DNA from: an uncultured Clostridia bacterium
Lineage (GTDB): Bacteria > Bacillota > Clostridia > Christensenellales > UBA1242
NCBI GenBank assembly: GCA_947632645.1
Contig: CANRQB010000002.1
Span: 16,489-80,488 of the forward strand
Direction: 5' to 3'
DNA length: 64,000 nt
Shown here: positions 8,336 to 18,824 of the stretch, piece by piece
How the letters are laid out: each line of letters opens with the position of its first letter
Numbering within the stretch: position 1 is the stretch's first letter
The notes under the pieces: generated by a model
The model's input: the letters and a program-made list of their open reading frames with translations, nothing else
Databases searched by the model: none
Told to the model about the DNA's origin: nothing
Translations under genes and position numbers: made by a program

Positions 8336-9118
8336 TTAATTTTTATCTTCGTTAATTTGAATGTAATCACATGGCGAAAAAGTGCTGTATTTTTGCGTGG
8401 TTATTTTCATAAAATTTATAACTTTATCGCGTAACTCTTGCTTTGCTTCTTTTTCCGATTTGGATAAATCTGGGTAGAATGGCTCGCTTACATGCACTGT
8501 TATGTTTACCTTTCTTAGTTTTGCAAACACGCCGCGTGGCTTACTATAGCATACGCAAAAGGCAACAACGGGTGCATTCAATTTTACTGGATAGCCAAAG
8601 GAAATATCTTTAAATGGCCTTATCCCGGTGTAGTATGGCCAAATGTGCGCTTCTGGATAGATTGTCAGGTGAAATTTTTTGTGATAGTACATAACTGCTT
8701 TATAAAAATTTTTCATGGCAGAAAAATCGGTTGGCACAGGCAAGGCACCTAACATTTGTGTAAGATTTTTAATACCTTTAATAGAAACCGCATCTGGGGA
8801 GACAATAATTTTATTCCTGTGTGGCAAAGTTATAAAATTTGGTATGCAGGCATCTAGCAGGTAGGCAGTGTGATTGCCGTATAAAAATGCCTTTTGTTTT
8901 TTTACCTTTTTAAAGTTTTTTTTGTTTATAAATTTTACACGCCTAAATAATATAACATAAAACCACAGTGTAGGAATTGCAAACAAATAGTAAACCAAAA
9001 AGGCAAAAAAGCGCCAAATTGGATTTTTGTGTATGTATTTAAAATTATTGCCAACCTTTGCCGTTTTTATTTTTTTGGACGAAAAATCATCCCTTAAAGG
9101 GTCGGAATACGTATACAC
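8336..9118 (-). CDS. Membrane-bound acyltransferase (PlsC/lysophospholipid acyltransferase-like)
   Basis: N-terminal TM, GNHTAYLLDA (HX4-5D-like) block, YPEAHIWP block. Operonic with the upstream glycosyltransferase. Confidence 0.55.
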   Translation of the reverse strand: MYTYSDPLRDDFSSKKIKTAKVGNNFKYIHKNPIWRFFAFLVYYLFAIPTLWFYVILFRRVKFINKKNFKKVKKQKAFLYGNHTAYLLDACIPNFITLPHRNKIIVSPDAVSIKGIKNLTQMLGALPVPTDFSAMKNFYKAVMYYHKKFHLTIYPEAHIWPYYTGIRPFKDISFGYPVKLNAPVVAFCVCYSKPRGVFAKLRKVNITVHVSEPFYPDLSKSEKEAKQELRDKVINFMKITTQKYSTFSPCDYIQINEDKN

Positions 9119-9141
9119 TTTTTTTTCTGCTTTTTTATTGT

Positions 9142-10320
9142 TTAGTTTTTTTTTGATGGGTTTTTTTGTTTGTTCTGATTGCTTATATGCTCAGCATGAA
9201 CTTTTTCTATCATTTTTTCCATCTGCTTCATGCACTCATCTTGATTAAAGCTTATGGCACTTTCCAAATACTTTTGCTCCACCATTTGTTTTTCTTTAGG
9301 ATTTTCTATCCAAAAGTCTATAACAGCGGCAAGCGATTTTGGTTTGCGCGATCTAAACACGCAGCGTGGGTCAACTGCAAAGTTTTTTGTGGCGCTTAGT
9401 TTGGAATCGGAAACTATGGTTAACTTTCCGCACGTAATTGCCTCGATGCACGAAATGCCCTCTAGTTCAAACTGGGCAGGGTGCACATACATATCGCAGT
9501 AGTTTAACACGTCAATAATTTCGGTGCGCGAATAAAATTTAAAAATAGGGTATATCGGCAACTTTTTTGCCAGTTTTTTGTATGCCTTTTCCTTTGTGCC
9601 GGCGCCGCCTAAAATAAGTTGAATTTTATCTTTATACTTAGAATATTTAATTGCCTTAATTAGCGTATCCTGGCTTTTTTCGCGTGAGTATCTGCCAGTT
9701 GTTAAAATTACAAATTTATCCTTAAGTTCATCCGGTTTTGCCAAATCCCTCTTTTTAACATAATTGTGTACCCCGTTAGAAATTACATAGCCGGGGGTGG
9801 ATTTTTTTATCTTTTTTTCAAACACATCGCGAATGAATTGAGTGGGATAGTGTATGCCCTCTACCTTGCTGTAAAGATGTTTGTAGATATATTTGTACAC
9901 CACATTGTTTACTAATTTTATATTATTTAGTTTTATGTAACTTGTAAGATTTTCTGCCTGCATATGAAAACCGGCCGTGGTGGATATGTTCATTTCGTTG
10001 GCAATTTTAACTGTAGCGTTGCCAAGTGCTAAAGGTAGCATAATGTGTACATGATCGGCGCCAGTTAGGGCAGCACGAATAATTTCTTTATCTGGCTTGG
10101 CAAGTGTTACGCCAACTTTTTTGATGTACGCATTTATAAGTTTGCCAAAGCTTAGACTTGGAACGATATAAAAATCCTTTTGATTTGCGTAATCTTGATT
10201 GCAGCAAAGAACGCGCACTTGATGTCCGCTTGCTTGTAAATATCGTATAAGATTTTTTTCGGCTATAATTGTGCCATTATTTTCTTCGCCATAGACATCG
10301 CACACTACTGTAATGACCAC
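9142..10320 (-). CDS. GT4-family (GT-B) glycosyltransferase, glycolipid-synthase-like
   Basis: N-terminal GG-rich start (YGEENNGT). C-terminal EX7E motif (ELEGISCIEA). Typical length of 392 aa. Confidence 0.75.
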   Translation of the reverse strand: MVITVVCDVYGEENNGTIIAEKNLIRYLQASGHQVRVLCCNQDYANQKDFYIVPSLSFGKLINAYIKKVGVTLAKPDKEIIRAALTGADHVHIMLPLALGNATVKIANEMNISTTAGFHMQAENLTSYIKLNNIKLVNNVVYKYIYKHLYSKVEGIHYPTQFIRDVFEKKIKKSTPGYVISNGVHNYVKKRDLAKPDELKDKFVILTTGRYSREKSQDTLIKAIKYSKYKDKIQLILGGAGTKEKAYKKLAKKLPIYPIFKFYSRTEIIDVLNYCDMYVHPAQFELEGISCIEAITCGKLTIVSDSKLSATKNFAVDPRCVFRSRKPKSLAAVIDFWIENPKEKQMVEQKYLESAISFNQDECMKQMEKMIEKVHAEHISNQNKQKNPSKKN

Positions 10321-10425
10321 GCTTCCTCCTAAAGTAATTAGTTTGTATATTTATTATAATAAAAATGTGCAAAAAAGTAAAACAAATAAACCAATTTCTG
10401 CAAAATTTTGCATATTTATGGCGTT

Positions 10426-11226
10426 TTATTTATTGTTTTCGTACAAGTTATACACGTACGATTTGGTTAGGCTGTACTTTTGCTTTATCTGCTTTATTGC
10501 CTCGTTTTTGTTGGTAGATTTTAAAAGCAATTTAAGTTCGGCTAAAATTTTTTCATCGCTTGGCTTGACACGAACGGGCTTTATATTTTCTACAACCAAA
10601 ACGTATTCTCCCTTTGGCTCATTAATGGTGGCGGGCAGGGTTAGAATTTCAACACTCTCGTGCACCTTTGTAATTTCGCTTACTATGGCTACACGCACCG
10701 CGCCTAATGCCGAGTGCAAATTGGATAGATCTTTATTAATATTATATTTGCTAGAATATATTATGCTGCTGCCATAAAAAGCGGAAATTTCGCTTAGTTG
10801 AGCCTTTAATTCCTTATTTTTTTCGCTTAAAAAGCCCCAAAATGCAAATTTTGATGCGTCAAAGCCAGATAGAATTATCGCACTAAGCCCAGCATTTGCT
10901 CCCGGCACAATGGTGTAGTTTATGTTGTTTTCGTGCAATTTTTGGGTTAAAATATTGCCCGGGTCGGAAATAACAGGCATGCCAGCATCGGATATAACTG
11001 CCACGTTTTTTCCCTCTTTTAAAAGCGAAATAATCCCATTTGCGCTATTTATTTCGTTAAATTTGTGATAGGCAATGGTTTTTGTGGTTATATTATAGTT
11101 ATCTAGCAAAATTTTGCTGTGGCGCGTATCCTCGCACGCAATAACATCCACATTTTTTAGCACTTCAATCGCCCGTAAACTAATATCGCCCAAATTGCCT
11201 ATTGGGGTTGCAACAAAGTATAACAT
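10426..11226 (-). CDS. rsmI: 16S rRNA (cytidine1402-2'-O)-methyltransferase
   Basis: MLYFVATPIGNLGDISLRAIEVLKNVDVIACEDTRHS... is the canonical RsmI N-terminus. Confidence 0.9.
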   Translation of the reverse strand: MLYFVATPIGNLGDISLRAIEVLKNVDVIACEDTRHSKILLDNYNITTKTIAYHKFNEINSANGIISLLKEGKNVAVISDAGMPVISDPGNILTQKLHENNINYTIVPGANAGLSAIILSGFDASKFAFWGFLSEKNKELKAQLSEISAFYGSSIIYSSKYNINKDLSNLHSALGAVRVAIVSEITKVHESVEILTLPATINEPKGEYVLVVENIKPVRVKPSDEKILAELKLLLKSTNKNEAIKQIKQKYSLTKSYVYNLYENNK

Positions 11227-11276
11227 ACAATAAATTTAGCAAATTTTTTAAAAATAGTCAAATAATTATGCCTAAA

Positions 11277-11306
11277 ATAAAAAATTGCACATATGTGCAA
11301 TTTTTT
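11277..11306. terminator. Intrinsic terminator after the holB-ricT-MTase-MBL operon
   Basis: Palindrome TTGCACATATGTGCAA flanked by A-run and T-run. Confidence 0.75.
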
Positions 11307-11925
11307 ACTTAACTAAAATTTTAACTGGGATGGATTTGTCTACATTTTGTATAAATATTTTTTCATCCGACTTGCTGCCAACAAGGGTGTTGTAGTGGGT
11401 GGGGATAACTAGTTTTGGTTTTATTGTGTTTGTGGCTTTGGCGGCCTCTAACGCATCCATAGTGAAAGTACCCCCTATGGGTATAAGCAAAATGTCGGTT
11501 TTTATGCTTGCTAGTTCGGGTGTAAAATCGGTGTCGCCACAAATTGTAATTTTTGTGTTTTGATAGTTTAGCGTGTAGCCAACAAAATTTAGTTCCCTAA
11601 AATGATGGTGTCCAACATTGTAGGCAGGGAAGGTGTCAAATTCAATTCCATCCACAATTTTATGTTCGTTTGGGCAAATTACAACAATTTTATTTAAAAT
11701 TTTGGCATTTTTTATTAGTTTTTCGCTATCTGGGGTGCAAATTATTGTAGTTTTTTCATTTATAATTTTGTTTATCGATTCTATTTCTAGGTGGTCATAA
11801 TGCGAGTGGGTTACAAAAATCAGCCGTGCATTGTGCGTGGCGTTTTCTATTTTAAACGGATCAATATAAATATTTTCATCAATGCAGATTGAACTGTGGC
11901 AATTTATTTTAATATTATCAAACAT
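11305..11925 (-). CDS. MBL-fold metallo-hydrolase
   Basis: THSHYDH (HxHxDH) motif; 206 aa. Confidence 0.8.
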   Translation of the reverse strand: MFDNIKINCHSSICIDENIYIDPFKIENATHNARLIFVTHSHYDHLEIESINKIINEKTTIICTPDSEKLIKNAKILNKIVVICPNEHKIVDGIEFDTFPAYNVGHHHFRELNFVGYTLNYQNTKITICGDTDFTPELASIKTDILLIPIGGTFTMDALEAAKATNTIKPKLVIPTHYNTLVGSKSDEKIFIQNVDKSIPVKILVK

Positions 11926-11933
11926 AATATCTC

Positions 11934-12605
11934 CTAATCGGTATTTTTTGTTATTCGCACACCAAATTGCGAATTTTTAACTGCCTCTACCAGCACCAAA
12001 TATGCATCCTTATCGCCATGATAGATAAACTTTAGTTGTTTGCAATTAATATTATATTTATGGCATAAAGTTATAATTTCATCCACTCGGCTGGCTAGGT
12101 GCACTAGGTACAAGCGGCCCTTATCCTTTAATAGTTCGCTGGATTTTTTTATTATATCCTCTAGTGTGGCTTCAATTTCGTGGCGGGCAAGCGCAATTTC
12201 TTTTTTAGTATTAATTTTGCTTGTCGCGTTAACTTTTAAATAGGGTGGGTTGCAAATTATAACATCTAAGGGTTTTGTAAAATCTGCGGGTTTAAGTTCT
12301 TTTAAATTGCACTTAAAAACTTTACTGCGGCGGCCAAAATTGTTAAATTTTATGTTTTGCTCGATAATAACGCACATTTCGGGCTGGATTTCGTTAAAAT
12401 ATAGGTGATTATACGGGCAAAGCGAATAGGCATAAAAACTTATAACCCCACTGCCTGCGCAAAGTTCTAGCACATTATCGCTGTGCTTAATATTGCAAAA
12501 TTTGGCAAGCAAAATTGCATCCATTGTAAATTTGTATAACTCGTCACTTTGATACACCGATATGCCGTTATCAAAATGTTCTAGTTTAAAATTGTCTAAC
12601 TTCAT
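11934..12605 (-). CDS. SAM-dependent N6-adenine methyltransferase, YabB/TrmN6-like (tRNA1(Val) m6A37 family)
   Basis: SAM-binding LELCAGSG and the CNPPY motif. Sits at the Firmicutes yabB position next to ricT. Confidence 0.7.
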   Translation of the reverse strand: MKLDNFKLEHFDNGISVYQSDELYKFTMDAILLAKFCNIKHSDNVLELCAGSGVISFYAYSLCPYNHLYFNEIQPEMCVIIEQNIKFNNFGRRSKVFKCNLKELKPADFTKPLDVIICNPPYLKVNATSKINTKKEIALARHEIEATLEDIIKKSSELLKDKGRLYLVHLASRVDEIITLCHKYNINCKQLKFIYHGDKDAYLVLVEAVKNSQFGVRITKNTD

Positions 12606-12639
12606 ATTTATCCTTATACATATGCGGGGTAGGGGTATA

Positions 12640-13431
12640 TTAGGTTTTGTCTTTTTGCTTTATATCTAAAAGTGGGTAGGTTTTAACTTCGGTGGTGTCG
12701 TCCTTAACAAAGGTTACGGTAACTGTTTCTTTTAAAAAGTCGGTTGCACTAACTGTTCCCTTACCATCCGGGGTAACCACAGTGCTATTTATATGAGGCA
12801 TTTTCTTTTGCATTTCCTCGTAAAATTCATCCTCGTATTTAAGGCAACACAATAATCTACCACACATGCCATTAATTCGGGTAGGGTTAAGCGCTAAATT
12901 TTGATTTTTTGCCATTTTAATGCTAACCTTATCAAAATCATTTAAATAAAGTTTGCAGCAGCATTCGCGCCCACACACACCAATTGCGCCAATGGTTTTG
13001 GTTTCATCTCGGTTGCCAATCTGGCGCATTTCAATTCGTGTTTTGTATTTAGAACCAAGCACTTTAATAAGTTCCCTAAAATCTACGCGTTCATCCGCGG
13101 TGTAGTTAACAACCAGCTTACTTCTATCTAAATTTGTGGAAATAAAGCCAATTTTCATATCCAAACCCAAATTTTGCGCCTCTTTTTTAATTTCTGGCAA
13201 CAATTTGCGCGTATATTTGCAATTTTCACAATGGGTTAAATTATCCTCTTTTGTGGCAGTGCGAATAATATCCACCACATCCGCGCCGTCCTTTTCCACT
13301 ATCCCTTTAACAAGCCCCATCTCTTGCCCAGTGGGGGTAGAAACAACCACGCGTTGCCCGCGTTTATAATCCCCCGCGGGGGCATACAAATTTATTGGGC
13401 TATTAAACATAACAAGTTCGGTTAACTGCAT
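12640..13431 (-). CDS. ricT: PSP1-domain protein RicT (YaaT)
   Basis: PSP1 C-terminal pattern with Cys clusters (GVCGRECCCKLYL, GMCGRLLCCLKYE). Overlaps the holB stop, as in Bacillus. Confidence 0.85.
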   Translation of the reverse strand: MQLTELVMFNSPINLYAPAGDYKRGQRVVVSTPTGQEMGLVKGIVEKDGADVVDIIRTATKEDNLTHCENCKYTRKLLPEIKKEAQNLGLDMKIGFISTNLDRSKLVVNYTADERVDFRELIKVLGSKYKTRIEMRQIGNRDETKTIGAIGVCGRECCCKLYLNDFDKVSIKMAKNQNLALNPTRINGMCGRLLCCLKYEDEFYEEMQKKMPHINSTVVTPDGKGTVSATDFLKETVTVTFVKDDTTEVKTYPLLDIKQKDKT

Positions 13432-14330
13432 AAAAATTTCTCCTTTAAAATGTTAAACAATAAGTTATCTAAAATATATGTAAAATTTACATTAGAATTT
13501 TGATACAAATACGCTTTTTCCACCAGCGGAATAATTTTTGTAAGTACCCTAGGGGAGTATCTATTTTTTATCTCGTTTATTCTGGCATATTTGGTGCTGT
13601 TATTTGCAAGCGATATAAATATATCTTGCATACAGGCAAAAAATATTGTTTTATCGTACTCTTTAAGCGAACATACCACACGGGGTATATCTGCCGTGGT
13701 GTTTAAATTAACTAGCAAATCAAAAATGCTATTTATGGTTGCATTAAAATTGTTGTCGCTAGCAAACCTAACTGCTTCGGTTAAACTGCAATCTGGGTTA
13801 ACAAATTGCTTAATATCAACCCCTTCGCGCATATATTCGTCCACAATAATTTTTCTGTCCTCACTAGATGGGGTGGGTAGGTATATTTTGTTTAATCTGC
13901 TTAGCACTGTTGGCAAAAGTTTGTCGGTTTTTGTGGCGGTTAAAATAAATATGTTGTTGCCCACCGGCTCTTCTAGCGATTTTAAAAGTTTGTTTTGCGA
14001 AATTTCGTTTATTGTGTCCGCATTAAAAATTAAAAACACTTTTTTGTTGCCAGCAAGCGGGGTGGTACTTAGGTTTGCAATAATTTTGTTAACATCCTCC
14101 ACCTTAATGCTATCCTGTTTAAGTTTAAACACATCGGGATGGGTGTTTTTATCAAATTGTAGGCAAGCATAGCAATTGTTGCACATATTGCCTTTTTCGC
14201 ATATCTGCATCTTTGCAAAGTTTTCTGCCACCAAATTGTTAAGCACCTCATCCAGCGAATAAAATAAATAGGCATGGTGTTTGCTATTTTGTATATTTTT
14301 AAATAACTCGGTTTGGTTTAAGCAAATCAT
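13422..14330 (-). CDS. holB: DNA polymerase III delta-prime subunit
   Basis: HAYLFYS, a Cys-rich Zn module (CNNCYACLQF), LLKSLEEP and TVLSR motifs. ATG at 14330 chosen; the ORF-track extension to 14489 is hydrophobic junk overlapping the divergent gene. Confidence 0.8.
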   Translation of the reverse strand: MICLNQTELFKNIQNSKHHAYLFYSLDEVLNNLVAENFAKMQICEKGNMCNNCYACLQFDKNTHPDVFKLKQDSIKVEDVNKIIANLSTTPLAGNKKVFLIFNADTINEISQNKLLKSLEEPVGNNIFILTATKTDKLLPTVLSRLNKIYLPTPSSEDRKIIVDEYMREGVDIKQFVNPDCSLTEAVRFASDNNFNATINSIFDLLVNLNTTADIPRVVCSLKEYDKTIFFACMQDIFISLANNSTKYARINEIKNRYSPRVLTKIIPLVEKAYLYQNSNVNFTYILDNLLFNILKEKFLCS

Positions 14331-14439
14331 AACCCTATTATAGCATAAAATAAAAAAAACGCAAAGGATTTTGATAATGTAAAATTTATTTGACCTTTTT
14401 TTAATTTTGTGGCAAAATATTAATAAAATAGGAGATTGT

Positions 14440-14886
14440 ATGAATAAAACAAAAAAAGGGTTTATGTATGCGGGTGGAATTATCGCCATAGTCGCATCTG
14501 CGCTGCTTGTGATGGTTGCAATTATATGTTTTTGCAGTGCGCATATAATTGAGCTAAGTGACTTATTAACTCAGGCAGAAATTAACGAGCTTGGCTACAC
14601 GCAGGAAGAGTTGGATCTGCTTTTAATATCCATGCGCAATTTGGTTAAAGTGCTTGGCGGGTTTTTGCTTGTAATTTCGGCTATGGATCTAATTTTTGGC
14701 ATACGCGTAATTTTGGATGGCAAACATCTTAATAACCGCAAACACAACATAATCACCTTGTTGGTGGTAAATGTAATTTCTGGCTCGCTTTTAGTGGTTG
14801 GCTTTATGATTGCTGCCCTGTGCATGAAATTTAAATCCGCCCAACAAATTGTAGATGAATATCAAGCACAAAACAATCAAATGTAG
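14440..14886 (+). CDS. Hypothetical 4-TM membrane protein
   Basis: ATG at 14440 after AGGAG (14430-14434). Four hydrophobic segments. Confidence 0.6.
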   Translation: MNKTKKGFMYAGGIIAIVASALLVMVAIICFCSAHIIELSDLLTQAEINELGYTQEELDLLLISMRNLVKVLGGFLLVISAMDLIFGIRVILDGKHLNNRKHNIITLLVVNVISGSLLVVGFMIAALCMKFKSAQQIVDEYQAQNNQM

Positions 14887-14892
14887 CTAAGG

Positions 14893-14917
14893 CACGGCTT
14901 ATGGCTGTGTTTTTTTG
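14893..14917 (+). terminator. Intrinsic terminator
   Basis: CACGGC-ttatg-GCTGTG followed by a T-run. Confidence 0.65.
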
Positions 14918-14996
14918 TTTTATTTGGGCGAATTTTGGCAATAATTTTAAAAATTTGCGCGATTTAAAAATTTTTTTAAAAAGTTATAAAAATCTA

Positions 14997-15025
14997 TTGA
15001 CATTAATTGTTTATTGTGATAGAAT
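14997..15025 (+). promoter_or_regulatory. Sigma-A-type promoter of rpoBC
   Basis: TTGACA (14997-15002), 17 bp, TGa-TAGAAT (-10 at 15020-15025). Confidence 0.6.
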
Positions 15026-15118
15026 AACCTAGTATCAAAAATTCCCTTGTTTTTTAATTTTGAAATTTTTTTAGTGAAAAACGCCTATAAAATAGGGAAA
15101 AACTTAATAAGGAGTTAA

Positions 15119-18100
15119 ATGATGGATTCAACACTCAACATCAAAAAAGTTAAGCAGGGCAAGGCTGAGCGTATGAGTTTTGCAAAAATCAATGTGCCAT
15201 ACGCCATCCCAGATTGGCTTAATGACGTTAAGGAAGATTACAATCATTTCTTAAACGTCGGCATTGGCGAGGTTTTGAATGAATTTAATCCTATTGTAGA
15301 CTACTCTAACAAAGCAGAGTTGTCTTTTTTAGGTTATAGCATAGACAAAACCCCAAAATCTTCCTGGGCAGAGTGCAAACTTAAACAGACTAGTTACACT
15401 GTGCCACTTAAGGTTAATGTTCGCCTTTTGGTTAAAGAAACCGGGCAGATTGTGGATGAAGAAGTGTTTTTGGGTGATATCCCATATATGTCCAACGACG
15501 GCGGCTTTATCTGCAACGGGGTAGAGCGTGTTGTTTTAAGCCAGTTGGTTAAATCCCCTGGCGCACTTTTTGATGGCGCGCTAAATAAATATGGCCGCAT
15601 GGACTATCATGGCTCAATTCAACCAAGCCATGGCATGTGGATGCAAACCGAACAAGTTACTGGCGACACTATGCGTGTTGTCGTGGATAGAAAATTTAAG
15701 ATGAGCTTAGGTGTCTTCTTAAAATGTTTCGGTTACGAAAACGACGAAATTAAGCAGATTTTTGGCAACCATCCATTTATTGTTAACACCTTGGAGAAAG
15801 AGCCACAACAAACCCAAGAAGAAGCGCTTATCGAGTTCGGCCGCAGAACCCGCCCAGGTGAAATCCCTAATCCAGAAAACACCTTGGCATATATTAACGA
15901 TAGGTTCTTTAACGTTCAACAATATAATCTAGAAAAGGTTGGCCGCTTTAAACTTAACAAAAAGTTGTCGGTTGCCAATCGTATAACCGACCAAATTGCA
16001 GCCGCTGATGTTAAAGCGGGCAAAAAAGTGCTGGTAAGTAAGGGTGAGGTTATCGATCACGACACCGCAGTGGCAATCCAAAACGCTGGTATAAACGAAG
16101 TGGATGTGCTGGTAGATAACAAGGTTGTTCATGTTGTGGGCAACAAGCGTGTGGATCTTAAAGCATATGCAAAACTAAATCCAGAAGAGTTTGGCATAAC
16201 CGAACTTGTATATTTGCCGCTGTTGCAAGAAATTATGAAAGCCAATAAGGACGAAGCAAGTTTAAAAGCCGCAATCCAGCAAAATGCCTATAAACTAGAA
16301 GATTTTCAAGTTACTTTGGACGACTTTGTTGCAGTTATAAGCTATCACCTTAACCTTATTGACGGCCTTGGCAACACAGACGAAGTGGATAACCTTTCTA
16401 TCCGTCGTGTGGCAAGATGTGGCGAACTGTTAAAGGATGAGTTTAGACGCGGTATGCTTAAACTTCAAACTCAGGTTAGGGAAAATTTGCAATCGCGTGA
16501 TTTAACCGATGCAACCCCAAGCAAAATTGTTAACGCAAGATATATTAATAAAACCCTTAAAGAATTTATGGCAACCAGCCAACTTAGCGCGTTGATGGAT
16601 CAAATTAACCCAGCCGCAAGCCTAAGGCACAAAAGGCGTTTTAGTTCGCTTGGCCCAGGCGGCTTAAGAAAAGAGCGTGCCAGTGCAGAAGCGCGTGATA
16701 TCAACCCATCGCACTACGGCCGTATCTGTGTGGCAGAAACACCAGAAGGCTCGGCAATTGGTTTGATGGATAGCCCTACCGCGTACGCGCGTATTAATAT
16801 GTATGGATTTATAGAAACTCCATATAGGAAAGTAGATCCTAAAACCCGCAAAATCACAAACGATATTCAGTTTATGATGGCGGATGAAGAAATCGGGCAT
16901 TATATCGCTCAGGCAACCATCCCACAAACCGAGGACGGCAAAATTTTGGATGGCTATGTGGATTGCCGCCACAATGGCGAAACCGCACACGTGCCTAGCG
17001 AGATGATCGACTATGTAGATTTAAGCCCAAGGCAACTACTATCTATCAGTGTAAGCATGATTCCGTTTGTAGAGCACAGCACTGGTAACCGTGCGCTGAT
17101 GGGTGCAAACATGCAGTGCCAAGCTGTTCCTCTTATTAAAACCGATAGCCCAATTGTAGGCACGGGTGTAGAGCACAAAGCAGCTGTAGATTCAGGTGCA
17201 CTTGTGCTTGCCGAACAAGATGGCGTGTGCAAATATGTTTCTAGCGACTACATCACTATGGAATATGCCGATGGCAGCATAATCAACCACAAACTGCGCA
17301 AATTTGAGCGCACTAACGAAAAGGCCTGCTTCAACCAAAAACCTATTGTTAAAAAGGGTGAAAAGGTTAAAAAGGGCGACGTGCTTGCCGATGGCGCATC
17401 CACCGATAAAGGCGAACTTGCACTTGGCAAAAACATGACAGTTGCTGTTATGAACTGGGAAGGGTACACCTTCGAGGATGCTATCCTTATAAATCAACGT
17501 ATTGTGCGTGAAGATGCGTTTACTTCTATATCAATTCAACAAGTGCACACCGAAGCTAGAACAACCAAACTTGGCGATGAAGAGATAACTCGTGATATCG
17601 CCGGTGTGGGTGAAGATGCACTTAAAAACTTGGACGAAAACGGCATTGTCCGCGTTGGTACCGAAGTTAAAGTGGGCGACATCCTAGTTGGTAAAGTTAC
17701 CCCTAAGGGCGAAACCGACCTAACCCCAGAAGAGCGCTTACTTAAAGCCATATTCGGCGAAAAAACAAAAGAAGTTAAAAACACCTCGCTTAAGGTTAAA
17801 CATGGCGAAGAGGGTGTGGTTGTTGGCATAGAAATCCTTTCTAGAAAAAATAAGGATGAACTGGATGCCGGCGTTAACATGATGGTTAAAGTTTACATCG
17901 CACAAAAGCGTATTTTGCAGGTTGGCGATAAACTTGCCGGGCGTTATGGTAACAAAGGCGTTATCTCGGTTGTATTGCCAGAAAACGATATGCCATACAT
18001 GCCAAATGGCGAAACTGTGGATATTATAGTTAACCCACTTGGCATCCCAAGCCGTATGAACCTAAGCCAGTTACTAGAAATGCACTTGGGTTGGGCAGCA

Positions 18101-18796
18101 AAACACTTGGATTGGAAAATTGCAACCCCTGCCTTTGACGGTGCAAGTGAACAAGATATTAAAGAGTTACTTCGTGCAAATGGCTTGCCAGAAGATGGCA
18201 AAATTCAATTGTACGATGGCCGCACCGGTTTGCCATTTGAAAATAAAACCACAGTGGGTGTTATGTATATGCTTAAACTTAACCATATGGTGGACGATAA
18301 AATCCACGCGCGTGGCATAGGCACATATGCACTTATAACACAACAACCACTTGGCGGGCGTAGCCAACTTGGTGGTCAGCGTTTTGGTGAAATGGAGGTG
18401 TGGGCGCTAGAAGCCTATGGCGCATCCAGATTGCTGCAAGAAATGCTAACCATTAAATCGGACGACGTGGAAGGCCGTATAAAAACCTACGAGGCAATCG
18501 TTAAAGGCGAGCCTATCCCAGAGCCTGGCATGCCAGAATCGTTTAAGGTTTTGGTTAAAGAAATGCAAGGCCTGTGCCTAGATGTTAAGATTTTAACTGC
18601 CGATAATCACGAACTTACAATCAACGAAGTGGGTGATGAGGGCGAAGAGGTTAGCGCAGTAGAGCCAGTTAACAAACCAGTGCTAGAAGACGTTACCTTG
18701 GAATTTGACGATATTGCAAACGATTACGAAAACGATGTAAATAACACCGCATTTGACGAATCTGATTTATTTGATGATTTAGACGATGATGAATAA
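15119..18796 (+). CDS. rpoB: DNA-directed RNA polymerase beta subunit
   Basis: 1225 aa with canonical beta motifs (e.g. GRYGNKGV, NLSQLLEMHLGW). AAGGAG RBS. Acidic C-terminal tail. Confidence 0.98.
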   Translation: MMDSTLNIKKVKQGKAERMSFAKINVPYAIPDWLNDVKEDYNHFLNVGIGEVLNEFNPIVDYSNKAELSFLGYSIDKTPKSSWAECKLKQTSYTVPLKVNVRLLVKETGQIVDEEVFLGDIPYMSNDGGFICNGVERVVLSQLVKSPGALFDGALNKYGRMDYHGSIQPSHGMWMQTEQVTGDTMRVVVDRKFKMSLGVFLKCFGYENDEIKQIFGNHPFIVNTLEKEPQQTQEEALIEFGRRTRPGEIPNPENTLAYINDRFFNVQQYNLEKVGRFKLNKKLSVANRITDQIAAADVKAGKKVLVSKGEVIDHDTAVAIQNAGINEVDVLVDNKVVHVVGNKRVDLKAYAKLNPEEFGITELVYLPLLQEIMKANKDEASLKAAIQQNAYKLEDFQVTLDDFVAVISYHLNLIDGLGNTDEVDNLSIRRVARCGELLKDEFRRGMLKLQTQVRENLQSRDLTDATPSKIVNARYINKTLKEFMATSQLSALMDQINPAASLRHKRRFSSLGPGGLRKERASAEARDINPSHYGRICVAETPEGSAIGLMDSPTAYARINMYGFIETPYRKVDPKTRKITNDIQFMMADEEIGHYIAQATIPQTEDGKILDGYVDCRHNGETAHVPSEMIDYVDLSPRQLLSISVSMIPFVEHSTGNRALMGANMQCQAVPLIKTDSPIVGTGVEHKAAVDSGALVLAEQDGVCKYVSSDYITMEYADGSIINHKLRKFERTNEKACFNQKPIVKKGEKVKKGDVLADGASTDKGELALGKNMTVAVMNWEGYTFEDAILINQRIVREDAFTSISIQQVHTEARTTKLGDEEITRDIAGVGEDALKNLDENGIVRVGTEVKVGDILVGKVTPKGETDLTPEERLLKAIFGEKTKEVKNTSLKVKHGEEGVVVGIEILSRKNKDELDAGVNMMVKVYIAQKRILQVGDKLAGRYGNKGVISVVLPENDMPYMPNGETVDIIVNPLGIPSRMNLSQLLEMHLGWAAKHLDWKIATPAFDGASEQDIKELLRANGLPEDGKIQLYDGRTGLPFENKTTVGVMYMLKLNHMVDDKIHARGIGTYALITQQPLGGRSQLGGQRFGEMEVWALEAYGASRLLQEMLTIKSDDVEGRIKTYEAIVKGEPIPEPGMPESFKVLVKEMQGLCLDVKILTADNHELTINEVGDEGEEVSAVEPVNKPVLEDVTLEFDDIANDYENDVNNTAFDESDLFDDLDDDE

Positions 18797-18824
18797 AATT
18801 TAGTTAAAAAGTAGGAGAAATTAG

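Noticed and set aside
10313-14172. Plus-strand ORFs 10313-10777, 13136-13369, 13500-13706 and 13591-14172
   Set aside because: They are antisense to the rsmI, ricT and holB coding regions, which have clear family motifs.
14331-14489. 53-aa N-terminal extension of holB in the ORF track
   Set aside because: The extension is hydrophobic and unlike delta-prime. It overlaps the divergent gene's RBS and start. The internal ATG at 14330 gives a canonical-length HolB.
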